Shown here piece after piece: positions 34,381 to 46,942 of a stretch of 64,000 nucleotides of DNA. Position 1 is the stretch's first letter. Every line of letters begins with the position of its first letter. The stretch covers positions 58,804,320-58,868,319 of the forward strand of contig NC_083412.1 of the NCBI RefSeq assembly GCF_020745735.1. The letters run 5' to 3'. The notes beneath the pieces were generated by a model that ran no database searches, was not told the origin of the DNA, and saw only the letters and a list, made by a program, of their open reading frames with translations. Origin of the DNA: Hemiscyllium ocellatum. Lineage: Eukaryota. The position numbers and the translations under genes are program-made.

Positions 34381-35751
34381 ATCTCATTATCATTGTCCAT
34401 GTTGGTATCAAAACATTGATAGGTCTAGAAAAAAAGGTTTTGCTGAAAACTTTGAATAGTTAGGAACTAAATTTAAAAGTTCTGGATTACTACTGAGTCA
34501 CTGAAAAACTGGCATAGGGTAAACAAAGTTTGAGGGCTAAATGCATAGCTCAAAGATTAGAATGGGAGGAGGGGGTTTCAGTCCAAGCAGCGCTGACAGC
34601 AGTACTCGAATAAAAGGGAGCTATTCTCATGGGATGGGCTACACTTGAATTGTGCTGGTAGTCAAATAACTAGGGCTGGAGAGAAGGCTTTCATCTAGAT
34701 AGAGGAAGGGAGGGTTCAGGAAAGGGGAAACAGAGATGAAAAAGTGAAAGCATATGGTGGAATTACAGGGTGCTGCTGTTTAGGTAAAGATGCAGAGGGC
34801 CTTTTCAGCTGACATGGAGGGCCAGACTATACAAACATTAAAAAAAATGTAGGGTCAAAGGGGGGGAAGTTATGATTCAAAAGCAAAATGAATGGTTCAT
34901 TACTAAAACACCTGCAGCATTCAGAATCAAATAAATGAATCAACGATATAGGCTGAGATTAAATGGCATGATTTTTTTATCCATTGTAGACGCATAGTTA
35001 CAAGAAGACCAAATCATGAGTTTTATTTCAAGGCTATGGAACTTTTCAGAATAATAAACAGGAAGTAAAGGGTGGTGTAGATCTGTCAGTGCATGATGAA
35101 CAAGTGTAATGCCAAGAAATCAGAAGATACAAATCCATACGGATCCAATTAAGAAAAAAATGTTTGAAGACATTAGAGGGAGTAGTCTACAGGCCCCCTC
35201 ACAGTAGATACTGTATGACAGGGAATAGATCTGGAGGTAATGGGAGTGAGTAAAGTAGGCAGCACTTTCACCATGGAAACTCAGAATCACAGGGCGAGCC
35301 AGGAGGAAGAATTCATAGAATTTCCCAAACCAACACTTTGTGGATCAAACCAGGAATTGGGCTATTATGGATCTGGTAATTTGTAATGAGGCAGGTTTGA
35401 TAAATAATCTTGGAATAAAACAGCATATCAGAAACAGTGGGCCATAATTAGATAGAATTTAGCTTTCAGTTTAAAGTGAGAAAAACAGGAGAAAGCAACT
35501 ATGTAAGCTCAACTAGGGGTAATGACAAAGGAAGGAGGACAGAGATGGTTAGAATGGAAAGAGAAAAGAATTTGGAAGAAAAGATGTTCAACAAACAGGA
35601 GCAGATGTTTAAGAAAACAGTTTATGACTCGCAACAAAGATAATGTTCCAGTGAGAAACAAGGAAACCAAACATTATTAATCAAGGAAGATAAGGTCAGT
35701 ATCAAATTGAAAGAGAAAGCAAAGAAAATACAATGTGGTGGTGATTAATAG

Positions 35752-36356
35752 TTATAGAAATGTACAGTACAGAAACAGACCCATTGGTCCAATTTGTTCA
35801 TGTTGACCAGATATCCTAAACTGATCTCGTCCATTTGCCAGCACTTGGCCCATATCTCTCTAAATCCTTCCTTTTCATATACCCATCCAGATGCCTTTTA
35901 AATGTTGTAATTGTACCAGCTTGTCTCTGGCAGCTTATTCCATACACACACCACCCTCTACATGTAATGTTGTCCCTTAGGTCCCTTGTAAATCTTTCCC
36001 TCTCACCTGAAACCTACGCTGTCTAGTTCTGGTCTCCCCAATCCAGAGAAAATATTTTGTCTATTTACCCTATCCATGCCCTTCACGATTTTATAAATCT
36101 CTATGTAGTCACCCCTCAGCCTCCAACACTCCAGAGAAAACATCCCAAGCCTATTCAACCTCGCCCTGTAGCTCAAACCCTCCAATCCTGGCAACATCTT
36201 TGTAAATCTGTTCTGAACCCTTTCAAGTTTCACAACATCCTTCCGATAGGAGGGAGACCAGAATTGCACACAATATTCCAAAAGTGGCCTAACCAATGTC
36301 CTGTATAGCTGCAACATGACCTCCCAACTGGTATACTCAATGCTCTGACCAATAAA
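35752..36356 (-). mobile_element. CR1 3' fragment
   Basis: ORF 36003-36383 RPLLEYCVQFWSP. Confidence 0.92.
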
Positions 36357-36712
36357 GTTAAAAATCACACAACACCAGGTCATAGTCCAATAGATTTATT
36401 TGGAAGTTCTAGCTTTCAGAGCGCTCTCCTTTATCAGGTAATTAGTGGAGCAGGATCATAAGACACAGAATTTCACAGTGTCATGCAATTAAAATGATAT
36501 GTTAAACAAACCTATGTTGCTGTTAAGTCTTTTATCTTTTACAATGAGTTACAGGTATTGGTTCATTTATATATAAATCCCAGAACTTCTTTTAAGTCAC
36601 ATTCCTGAGATAACTTAAGATTTTATATTTAAAAAAATAACATCTCAGCTCAGACAATGTATTAAAGGTAAAGTTAGAGTTTGTCTGTATTCCAACCTTG
36701 AGCCAGACTGGT
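36357..36712 (-). mobile_element. PLE family A pLTR and 3' UTR with degenerate hammerhead
   Basis: aaagttaaaaatcacacaacaccagg...ctagctttcagagcgctctcctttatcagg. Confidence 0.85.
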
Positions 36713-36944
36713 TCTATTTCCAAAGTAGGAATTTACAAAATGTTATATAAATTGACTGCCTGCAGATTGTGTGTTTCTTGAGCAAAAATAATGTAACTGC
36801 AAATGCAAATTTATCCCATAAACTTATATGTGGGTGTCTGTGCATGTAAGGGAATTCTAGTAAATCCCCCTGCCAGTATATTAGTCTGCCTTCCAATTCA
36901 GGTGCAATCCATTCTTCTTATACAGGTCACTTTTACCTCAGAAG

Positions 36945-37885
36945 AGATTCCATTGATCCAAATATGTGAAACCTTCTTCCCTGCATCAGCTCCTCAGTCT
37001 CACATTCACCTGCTCTATCCTTCTATTCCTGCTCTCACTAGCTCGTAGCACAGGGAGTAATCCAGATATTACTACCCTTGAGGATTTTTTTTATAAATTC
37101 CTGCCTAACTTCCTATATTCTCCCTTCAGAATCTCATCCTTTTCCCTTCCAATGTCATTAGTTCCAAAGTACGCAATGACCTCCTGCTGGTCCCTCACTT
37201 CTTTGAGAATATTTTGCATCCTCACTGAAATATTCTTGATCCTGGCACCAGGGAAGCAACACACCATTCTGATTTTGCACTGCTGGCCACAGAAATGCCT
37301 GTCTATGCCTCTGACTCAAGAGTTCCCCAACACAATTGATCACTTGGAACCTGACTTACCCTTCGTTACATTAGAGCCACTCTTGGTATCAGAAACTTGG
37401 ACTGTTTGTGTTACATTCCCCTGAGAGTCCGTTACCTACTACATTTTCCAAAACAGCATACTTGTTTGAGATGTGGATAGCCATAGGAGATTCCTGCACT
37501 ACCTACCTCCTTCTCCTACTTTTTCTGCAGGTAACCCATCTATCTGACTGTATCTGCGGTTTTTCTCCCTTCCTATAACTGCCATCCATCATATCCCCTA
37601 ACTCTTGCAAAATCTGCATTGCCTCTAACTGTCACTCCAACCAATCTATGTGATCTGATAGGATTTGCAACCAAAGACCTTTCCTGCAGACATAGTCATC
37701 AGTAACATGGAAACTGTTCATAAACTCCTACATTCTACAGGAAGAGCACGTCACTCTTTGTGCCTTAAAAATCTACAGACCCATAAAATAGCATGGTCTT
37801 ACTGCTCTAAAAGACACTGCTCCAGGCTAACATAGGCCTATGTTTTATATTTTAAAAATTTAATTGAGACAGATCTCAATAAAAC
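36945..37885 (-). mobile_element. CR1 ORF1 region and proximal 5' UTR (host copy)
   Basis: Reverse complement reads AQRVTCSSCRM*EF...DYVCRK...QLEAM (zinc finger/zipper), followed by esterase; homologous to 38520-39500. Confidence 0.85.
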
Positions 37886-37890
37886 ATATA

Positions 37891-38060
37891 CAGTAGTCCC
37901 CCCGTACCCGCAGGGGATACATTCCAGGACTTACTATGGAAGTCCCAAACCGCAGAAAGTAGCAAACCTATTCATTTCAATGGGAAACGTACCTTCCTGG
38001 CAATCTCTTGGTCTCTGGCTCCTATAATATGTTTGGGGCATGGTCATCTGTGGGTTACTA
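37891..38060. mobile_element. Tigger/pogo-type MITE (MER2-like), right end lost
   Basis: TA followed by cagtagtccccccgtacccgcaggggatacattccaggac, a typical Tigger terminus. Confidence 0.75.
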
Positions 38061-40164
38061 AGGATGGGAAAAATTTCTGGCTGTTACAGCAGCTCCTTTC
38101 TTGAGGTATTTTAGGTGCTGGAGATGATTTCCTTGAATTTCAGGAGCAGTAATTACCGTTTCATATGCTGTTGCCTTGTTTTGGAACTTTGGGGAAAAAT
38201 AAGTCAAAACAACAACAGTTTTAAAATGGAGAAGAGCAGACAAAGGAAGCACATGGTGAGGTCAGTGCAGGAGAGAGAGAGAGAGAGAGAGAGAGAGAAC
38301 CTGAACAGTTACTGCCTTTGCTGTTTGAATTCATGATTCGTTGGACATCGAAGTGCATCTGGGAAAATTAATGAACAGTGAAATTCACAACTAATCTTGG
38401 AGGAACTGTTGGGCGAAATTCACAGCACAGAATCAGATAAGTTAATCGTTATTTTAAGTGTGGCCTACAGAGAATCTGCAGTAGTGAGTGTAGTGGGTTC
38501 TTTCTTGATTATATGTTTTTGAAGATATGTCTCTTGATTAAAATTAATATATAAGCCATATCTATTAACCTGGGGCAGTGTTTGTAGAGGAATAAGACGG
38601 TGTTAGTTTCTGGGTCTGTAAATTGTGAAGGAGCAAAAATGGTCTTTAATAGAGTGATATGTACTTCTTGTCAGATGTGGGACTTTAAAGAGAGTTTAAG
38701 GGTTACTATGGATTATATCTGCCATAAATGCTGTTGGTTATAAATCTTATCAGATTGAATGGATCGGTTGGAAAGACAGTTAGAAGCAATGAGGCATTTG
38801 CAACACAGCAGTATGTGATGGATGGCAGTTATAGGAAGAGGGGAAAGAGTCAGATACGGTCACATAGATGGGTTAACTCCAGGAAGGGTGAGAGAGATAG
38901 GCACCTAGTGCAGAAGTCTTTTGTGAATATACCCATTTCTAACATGAATGCTGCTTTAGAAAACGTAGGGGTGATGGATTGTCAGGGGAACATAGCACAA
39001 ACAGTCAAGTTTCTGGTATTGAGACTGCCTCTAATGCAAAGAGGGGTACGTCGGGTTCCAAGAGATCATTGTGTTAGGGGATTCTCTAGTTCGAGGTACA
39101 GACAAAGGTTTCTGTGACCAGCAGCGAAAAAGCAGAATGGTGTGTTGTTTCTCTGATGCCAGGATCAAGGATGTCTCAGAGAGGGTGCAGAATGTTCTCA
39201 CGGGGGAGAGGGGCCAGCAAGAGGTCATTGTCCACATTAGAACCAATGACATAGGAAGGGAAAAGGTTGAGATTCTGAAGCGAGATTGCAGAAAGTTAGG
39301 CAGAAATTTAAAAAGGAGGTCCTCGAGGGTAGTAATATCTGGATTACACCCAGTGCTACAAGCTATTGAGGGCAGAAATAGGAGAATAGAGCAGATGAAT
39401 GCATGACTGAGGACCTGGCTTATGGGAGAAGGATTCGCACTTTTGGATCATTGGAATCTCTTTCAGGGTAGACGTGACCTGTACAAGAAGGACGGATTGC
39501 ACCTAGATTGGAAGGGGACTAAAATACTGGCAGGGAGATTTGCTAGAGCAACAGTCAGGGCAGGCAGGGACATGGTAGGACTAATAAATTAAACTGCATT
39601 TATTTCAATGCAAGGGGCCTAACAGGGAAGGCAGTTGAATTCAGGGCATGGTTAGGAACAGGGGACTGAGATATCATAGCAATTACAGAAACATGGCTCA
39701 GGGATGGGCAGGACTGGCAGCTTAATGTTCCAGGATACAAATGCTACAGGAAGGATAGAAGGGAAAGCAAGAGAGGAGGTGGGGGGGGGGGGGTGCGGGG
39801 AGAGAGAGGGGTGGCATTTTTGATAAGGGATAGCATTACAGCTGTGCTGAGGGAGGATATTCCCGGAAATACATCCAGAGAAGTTATTTGGGTGGGACCG
39901 AGAAATAAGAAAGGGATGATAACCTTATTGGGATTGTATTATAGACTCCCAAATAGTCAGAGGGAAATTGAGAAACAAACTTGTAAGGAGATCTCGGCTG
40001 ACTGTAAGAATAATAGGGTAGTTATGGTAGGAGATTTTAACTTTCCAAACATAGGCTGGGATTACCATAGTGTTAAAAGTTTAGATGGAGAGGAATTTGT
40101 TAAGTGTGTACAAGACAATTTTCTGATTCAGTATGTGGATGTACCTACTAGAAAAGGTGCAAAT

Positions 40165-40464
40165 GGGTGGCACAGTGGTTAGCACTGCTGCCTCACAGTG
40201 CCAGAGACCCGGGTTCAATTCCCGCCTCAGGCAACTGACTGTGTGGAACTTGCACATTCTCCCCGTGTCTGTGTGGGTTTCCTCTGGGTGCTCCTGTTTT
40301 TCCCACAGTCCAAAAATGTGTTGGTTAGGTGAATTGGCCACGCTAAATTGCCTGTAATGTTAGGTGAAGGGGTAAACATAGGGGAATGGGTCTGGGTGGG
40401 TTGCTCTTCGTGTGGACTTGTTGGGTCAAAGGGCCTGTTTCCACACTGTAAGTTATCTAAATCT
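40165..40464 (+). mobile_element. HE1-type V-SINE inserted in the CR1 endonuclease
   Basis: Interrupts gcaaaacttgacc (intact at about 52577); A and B boxes present. Confidence 0.95.
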
Positions 40465-41672
40465 AAAACTTGACCTACTCTTGGGAAATAAGGTAGGGCA
40501 GGTGACTGAGGTGTCAGTGGGGTAGCACTTTGGGGCCACTGACCATAATTCTATTAGATTTAAAACAATGATGGAAAAGGATAGACCAGATCTAAAAGTT
40601 GAGTTCTAAATTGGAGAAAGGCCCGTTTTAACGGTATTAGGCAAGAACTTTGAAAGCTGATTTGTGGCAGATGCTTCCAGGGACGGCTGGAAAATGGGAA
40701 ACCTTCAAAAATGAGATAATGAGAATCCAGAGAAAGTATATTCTTGTTAGGGTGAAAGGAAAGGCTGGTAGGTATAAGGAATGCTGGATGACTAAAGAAA
40801 TTGAGGGTTTGGTTAAGAAAAAGAAGAAAGTATATATAAGGTATAGACAGGATAGATTGACTGAATCCTTAGAAGAGTATAGAGGAAGTAGGAGTATACT
40901 TAAGAGGGCAAAAATGGGACATGAGATAGCTTTGGCAAATAGAGTTAAGGAGAATCCAAAGGGTTTCTACAAATATATTAAGGACAAAAGGGTAACTAGG
41001 GAAAGAATAGGGCCCCTCAAAGATCAGCAAGGTAGTCTTTGTGTGGAGCCGCAGAAAATGGGGGAGATACTAAATGCGTATTTTGCATCAGTATATACTG
41101 TGGAAAAGGACATGCAGGATATGGACTGTAGGGAAATAGATGGTGACATCTTGCAAAATGTCCATATTACGGAGGAGGAAGTGCTGAATGTCTGGAAACG
41201 CATAAAGGTGGATAAATCCTCAAGACCTAATAGGTGTACCTAAGAACTCTGTGGGAAGCTAGAGAAGTGATTGCTGGACCTCCTGCTGAAGTATTTGTAT
41301 CATCGATAGTCACAGGTGAGGTGCTAGAAAACTGGAGGTTGGCTAACGTGGTGCCACTGTTTAAGAAGGGTGGTAAGGACAAGCCAAGGAACCATAGACC
41401 AGTGAGCCTGACGTTGGTGGTGGGCAACTTGTTGGAGGGAATCCTGAGGGACAGGATGTACATGCATTTGGAAAGGCAAGGACTGATTAGGGATAGTCAA
41501 CATGGATTTGTGCATAGGAAATCATGCCTCACAAACGTGATTGAGTTTTTTGAGGAAGTAACAAAGAGGATTGATGAGAGCAGAGCGGTAGACGAGATGT
41601 ATATGGACTTCAGTAAGGCGTTTGATAAGATTCCCCACGGGAGACTGATTTGCAAGGTTAGATCTCATGGAA

Positions 41673-41737
41673 GGAGAAAATGAGGACTGCAGATGCTGGA
41701 GATCAGAGCTGAAAATGTGCATGAGCCCTTCTTCTAA
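41673..41737 (-). mobile_element. 65-bp PLE pLTR fragment inserted in CR1 RT
   Basis: gaggactgcagatgctggagatcagagctgaaaatgtg; 11-bp TSD atctcatggaa (41662-41672 and 41738-41748). Confidence 0.9.
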
Positions 41738-42797
41738 ATCTCATGGAATACAGGGAGAACTGGCTCATGTGGATACAGAACTGGCTCAAAGGTGGTAGTG
41801 GAGGGTTGTTTTTCAGACTGGAGGCCTGTGACTAGTGGAGTACCACAAGGATCGGTACTGGGTCCTCTACTTTTTGTCATTTACATAAATGATTTGGATG
41901 CGAGCGTAAGACATACAGTTAGTAAGTTTGCAGATGACACCAAAATTGGAGGTGTAGTGGACAGCGAAGAGGGTTACCTCAGATTACAACAGGATCTGGA
42001 CCAGATGGGCCAATGGACTGAGAAGTGGCAGATGGAGTTTAATTCAGATAAATGCGAGGTGCTGCATTTTGGAAAAGCAAATCTTAGCAGGATTTATACA
42101 CTTAATGATAAGGTCCTAGGGAGTGTTGCTGAACAAAGAGACCTTGGAGTACAGGTTCATAGCTCCTTGAAAGTGGAGTTGCAGTTAGATAGGATAGTGA
42201 AGAAGGCATTTGGTATGCTTTCCTTTATTGGTCAGAGTATTGAGTACAGGAGTTGGGAGGTCATGTTGCAGCTGTACAGGACATTGGTTAGGCCACTGTT
42301 GGAATATTGTGTGCAGTTCTGGTCTCCTTCCTATCAGAAAGATATTGTGAAACTTGAAAGGGTTCAGAAAAGTTTAAGAAAGACGTTGCCAGGGTTGGAG
42401 GATTTGAGCTATAGGGAGAGGCTGAACAGGCTGGGACTGTTTTCCCTGGAGTGTCGGAGGCTGAGGCATGACCTTTTAGAGGTTTACAAAATTATGAGGG
42501 GCATGGATAGGGCAAATAGGCAAAGTCTTTTCCCTGGGGTCAGGGAGTCCAGAACTAGAGTGCAACATTTTTAATGCAGCGGGTGGTACGTGTATGGAAT
42601 GAGCTGCCAGAGGATGTGATGGAGGCTGGTACAATTGCAACATTTAAAAGGCATTTGGATGCGTATATGAATAGGAAGGGTTTTGAGAGATATGTGCCAG
42701 TTGCTGGCAGGTGGGACTAGATTGGGTGGGATATATGTTCGGCATGGACGGGTTGGACCGAAGGGTCTGTTTCCATGCTGTACATCTCTATGACTCT

Positions 42798-43216
42798 AAT
42801 ATACTTAAAACCTATGCACTTAGCTTCCCCCATGCTGTGACCTCTCCCACATAGTTTCCTCCAAGGTCAGCTGCACGGTTTGTTAACTTTTCTTAGATGC
42901 ACTCTGATGTCCAGAGATACTTGAAATCAAACAGCAACAGCTGTAACTGTGCAGATTCACTGCTGTGTCAAACAACAGTATAGGTTTCTTTCTCTGACCA
43001 TGTGGTCTCTACTTTGTCTGTCTTCCTCCTTTTTGAAGTGTCCTTGTTTTGATTTTTTATTCCCCCAAAGTTCCAAAACAATGCAACAGCATATAAAACA
43101 GTAACATTGCTCCTGAAATTCAAGGAACTCACCTCCAACACTTAAAATCTCTCAAAATAGGAGCAGCTTTGACAGCCACAATTTTTCCCCTCCTCCATCT
43201 TGGATTTCCCAGAACC
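42798..43216 (-). mobile_element. Distal 5' UTR of the minus-strand CR1 at 36945-37885
   Basis: Reverse complement is homologous to 38065-38460 (ccttgaatttcaggagca...atatgctgttgc.ttgttttggaactttgggg). Confidence 0.8.
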
Positions 43217-43666
43217 ATTGGTTAAGCAGAAGATTGGAAAAAGTTTAAAAACCAACAAAGGTGACCAAAAAAACTATTGAAGATAGAGAAAATAAGCTGT
43301 GAAGATAAACTAGTGAGTAATACCAAAATGAAAAGGAGGAGTTTCTTTAAATAGATAAAAAGAAAGGTAGAGACCAGGATTAACATAAGCACCTTAGAGA
43401 ATAAAGCTGGAGAAATAGTAATGAGGAACAAACAATAATGGGGGAGAGGAGTTGAACAAATACTTTGTATCAACCTTCACGACAGAGGACACAAATAGCT
43501 TTCCAAAAATAATAAATCAAGGGCAAAAGGGGAAGAGAAAATAAATAACACATCTATCACTAGAGAAAAGGTACTAGGGAAACTAATAGGGCTAAATGTT
43601 GATAGGTTCTCTGCACCTGTTGGATTGTATTCTTGAATATTAAACCAAGTAGCTGCAAACATAATG

Positions 43667-43937
43667 GTGTGGTGGTGCCGGTGTTGGACTGAGGTAGATA
43701 AAGTTAAAAATCACACAACCTGCAACCCATTCTAAGTGATTAAGGATTTATCAGCAATCTAGGTTTGTTCAATACATCGCATTAGTTGTATGACACTTTG
43801 ATTTTTTGCTATAAATTCTGTGTCTTATGATCCTACTCCATTAGCTACCTGACGAAGGAGCAGCGCTCTGAAAGCTTGTACTTCCAAATAAACCATTTGG
43901 AGTATAACCTGGTGTTGTGTGATTTTTAACTTTGCAG
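43667..43937. mobile_element. PLE family A, inverted pLTR arrangement
   Basis: Short antisense pLTR end followed by sense 3' UTR and pLTR; inserted in the old CR1. Confidence 0.85.
43846..43880 (+). ncRNA. Minimal hammerhead motif, covariant subfamily
   Basis: UAC-CUGACGA-A-GGAGC-AGC-GCUCU-GAA-AGCU-U-GUA; stem I is UAC/GUA instead of CAC/GUG. Confidence 0.65.
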
Positions 43938-45212
43938 AGATAACAGATACATTGGTAGCAAACTTCCAAGAATCCTTAGTTTCTGGAAATGTCCCAGAGA
44001 ATTGGAAAACTGGGAAGGAGACAAAAAACAAGAAAGACCAGTTAGCTTATCATCTGTCACTAGAAAAATGTTAGAGTACACTATAAAGAATGGAACAGCA
44101 GAACATTTAGAAATATATAATATAATCAAGCAGGATTAGTTTCAACATGCAAAAATCATACCTGAAAAAAATTAATGCAATTCTCTAAGGAGATAACACA
44201 TGTGATAGATAAAGGGGAACCAGTAGATGTCATGTATTTGGATTTCAAAAAGACATGTAACAAGGTACTGACTTCAAGCTACTTAATAAGAGCATATGGT
44301 GTTGATATGTTAGTGTCTTAGTATGAACAGAGCATTGGCTAACTAATATAAGACAAATAGTTGGGTTAAGGGTGGAAACCTAGAACTACAATTATATGCA
44401 ACATATATCAATATATCAATAACCTGAAAGGAGTCAATGTACTCTCACTAGTTTTATGGGAGACACAAAAATAGGTGAAAAGGCAAATTATGAGAATAAT
44501 ATAAAGAGTCTATAGAGAGATATGGACAGCTTCAGTGAGTAAGTAAACCTTGGCAGATGGAATATAATGTGGGAAAGTGTGAGGCCACATTACTTCAGCA
44601 GGAAGAATGGAGGAGCTGTATACTATTTAAATAGAGAAAGAAAGAAACAGTATTCAGGGAGTTGGGTCTTCATGAATCATGATCAACAAAAAAGCTAGCA
44701 CACAATTCAATAGGTAATGCCTTTATTTCAAGGGAATGGAATGGAGTACCAAAATAGGGAAGCCTTGTTAAACCTCTTTGGCCACACCTAGAATACTGTG
44801 AACCACTTTAATCCCCTTATTTTAGGGAAGATATACTGTCATTGGAGGCAGCTCAGAGAAAGTACACTAGGTTTATCTACAGCCTGAGTAGAGAGGGATT
44901 GCATCCATTGAAATTTAGAAGAATAAGAGGTGATCTTATTGAAGTAGACATGGACAGGTTCTTTCATTCTTTCACCCTGTAAGACAGTCTAGTTCCAGAT
45001 GGCATGATTTCAGAGTAAGGGGCCACCTGTTTAAGACATAGATGAGAAAGAATTTATTTTCTAAAAAGGTAATGAATCTGAGGAATGTTGAGTTTGATTG
45101 GTATGTATATTCAAGATTAAGGCAGACCAGGTTTTATGATCTTACACATGTAGTGATCGTACTCTCTCAAATGTACAGAATGCAGAGATCACGCTCTTTC
45201 TCATGCACAGAC

Positions 45213-45960
45213 TATACATCAGGAAGCGATGGTATAGTGGTAATATCAGTGACCAATACTGCCAGCCAATGTTCTGGGGATAGGTGTTTGCATCCACCAT
45301 GGCAGACAGTGAAATTTGCAATCAGTAAAAATCCGTGAGTTAAAGCTAATCTAATGATGATGTGGAGGAGCCACTGTTGGACTGGGGTGGACAAAATTAA
45401 AAATCACACAACACCAGGTTATTGTCCATCCACCAAGTTTATTTGGAAGCACCTTACATCTTTAAGGCATTGTCTGAGCTGAGATGTCATCTTTTTATAT
45501 AAAACCGTAACTTATCTCAGGAATGTGACTTAAAAGAAGTTCTGGGATTTACATATTAATGAACCGAAACCTGTAACCCATTCTAAAAGATGAAAGACTT
45601 AACAACAATTTAGGTTTGTTCAGTATATCATTTCAGTTGCATGACACTGTAATTTTTTGCAACAAATTCTGTGTCTTATGCTTTTACTCCACAACCACCT
45701 GTTAAAGGAGCAGCGCTCCGAACGCTAATGCTTCCAAATAAACCTGTTGGATTATAACCTGGGTGTTATGTGATTTTTAACTAATGGAGACTGTGAATTG
45801 CCTTTTTTTAAAAAAATCTGGTTCACGAATGTCCTTCGGGGAAGAAAATCTGCTGTTCTTACCTGGCCTGGCCTACATGTGACTCCAGACTCATAGCAAA
45901 CTGGTAGACTCTCAATCCCTTCTGAATAATTAAGGATGAACAATAAATGTCTAGTTAGTA
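45213..45960 (+). mobile_element. Second-family SINE interrupted by PLE family A (45357-45780)
   Basis: SINE head 45213-45356 resumes at 45781; ctaatg duplicated; PLE shows antisense then sense pLTR. Confidence 0.75.
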
Positions 45961-46169
45961 ACACCCAGACATTACATACATCTATTGCTAAATCTATACG
46001 TGCACAGATCACAAGTTGCAGTGTAACATGGTCTTGCAAGATCTTACAAACAGGTCACTCAATACACACCCACGGATGAGACCGTTTCTGTCATTCACAC
46101 TCAGACATCAGTGCCTCACACATTGTTTCTCCCACATGCTCACTCTCCAATATCAGAATCTAATTTTCC

Positions 46170-46850
46170 CAGGCAGCCGCTCCCTGTATTAGTAAACTTC
46201 CGGAACCTAAACTCTTCATTGACACCACGCCAGTTCAGAATCACTGCTGGCGAGATATTGTGACCCATTTACGTAGAGCTCAAATTGGAAACGAGGACAA
46301 ACGGGAGAACACAATTCACACCCAATGAGTCTTGCTTTCCATCTGCTGCTACAGAACCAATTTTCCCGGACTGAATTGTTTTTTTTTAAATTGACATGAA
46401 CTATATTCAGCACGTTGGAGAAAAGATTCGTTCCGGGCTGACTTCTCTTATAATGTCAAGACATCGAAAATATACTTCAACCACTTCTGCTGTTAAGTGG
46501 TTTTAACCATTTTAGTCGTAATTTTGCTGAACACCGTGGTTTGTCTTTCCCCCAGCTATCTCTGCGCGAATCAACCTCGTCTACAGCTGTGTTCTGGTCA
46601 AACTGCTGTCTGACTGAGATGGAACAGTCCTGTTTTAAAGAGACATATTTGAAGATTGCAACTTTGCTTGTATTTTCGTTGATTCTTTCACTGGGTGAGT
46701 AATGTTTTTTTTCTTTAACTGCAGGCACTCGGCGCTCTTACCAGCCCTGTCTCAAAATATCATACCTGCATGGTTCTCGCTTAATCTATTCCAGAAATAC
46801 TAGTTCGAGAAGCCGCTCCCCTTTTTTTTAAAAAAAGAATGGCTCAACGA
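46170..46850 (+). promoter_or_regulatory. CpG-retaining promoter / 5' region of the EWI-family gene
   Basis: Roughly two dozen CpGs in about 700 bp of unique sequence (hand count) in a CpG-depleted background; ETS consensus acttccgg at 46196-46203; CCAAT at 46322 and 46357; strong acceptor ttgtctttcccccag ending at 46555. Confidence 0.65.
46619..46694 (+). CDS. Signal-peptide exon of an IGSF3/CD101-like (EWI family) gene
   Basis: ATG at 46619: MEQSCFKETYLKIATLLVFSLILSL plus G, followed by perfect donor G|GTGAGT; phase 1 joins 61928 to give ...LILSL-D-SCSA-QRRVKV. Confidence 0.85.
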
Positions 46851-46942
46851 TAAATGATTAACTTGCAGTAGTTGTAAAACAATGTGAGCAGAGGCAATCA
46901 AAATTAAAGCTTGCTGTCATGGCAATTGTTCTGCACTTCAGA

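Larger units (their letters stand above)
33300..35745 (+). mobile_element. Old CR1 (ORF1 esterase to endonuclease region), interrupted by a PLE
   Basis: Esterase remnants NIVVV.DSIIR (33.58 kb) and IIVHVG (34.39 kb) lie on either side of the PLE; GVVYRPP endonuclease motif near 35.18 kb. Confidence 0.7.
38060..42797 (+). mobile_element. Near full-length CR1 LINE: 5' UTR, ORF1 (zinc finger/zipper plus SGNH esterase), ORF2 (APE plus RT), tail; inactivated
   Basis: ATG at 38639 MVFNRVICTSCQMW...YICHKC; GDSLVRG...HIRTND (39071-39406); EN motifs LGLYYRLPNS and MVGDFNFPNI; RT 41792-42574 with KFADDTK; (ctatga) tail. Confidence 0.95.
43220..45110 (+). mobile_element. Old CR1 RT region
   Basis: Remnants gtcatgtatttggatttcaaaaag (YLDF) and ggccacacctagaatactgtg (RPHLEYC). 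Confidence 0.75.

Noticed and set aside
39775-39810. Poly-G / G-quadruplex tracts (also 57976-57990 and poly-C at 29647)
   Set aside because: These are homopolymer expansions inside repeats, with no sign of function.
38060-43216. About 400-bp inverted repeats as TIRs of a large DNA transposon
   Set aside because: They are diverged CR1 5' UTRs explained by antisense nesting; there is no transposase and no matching TSD.
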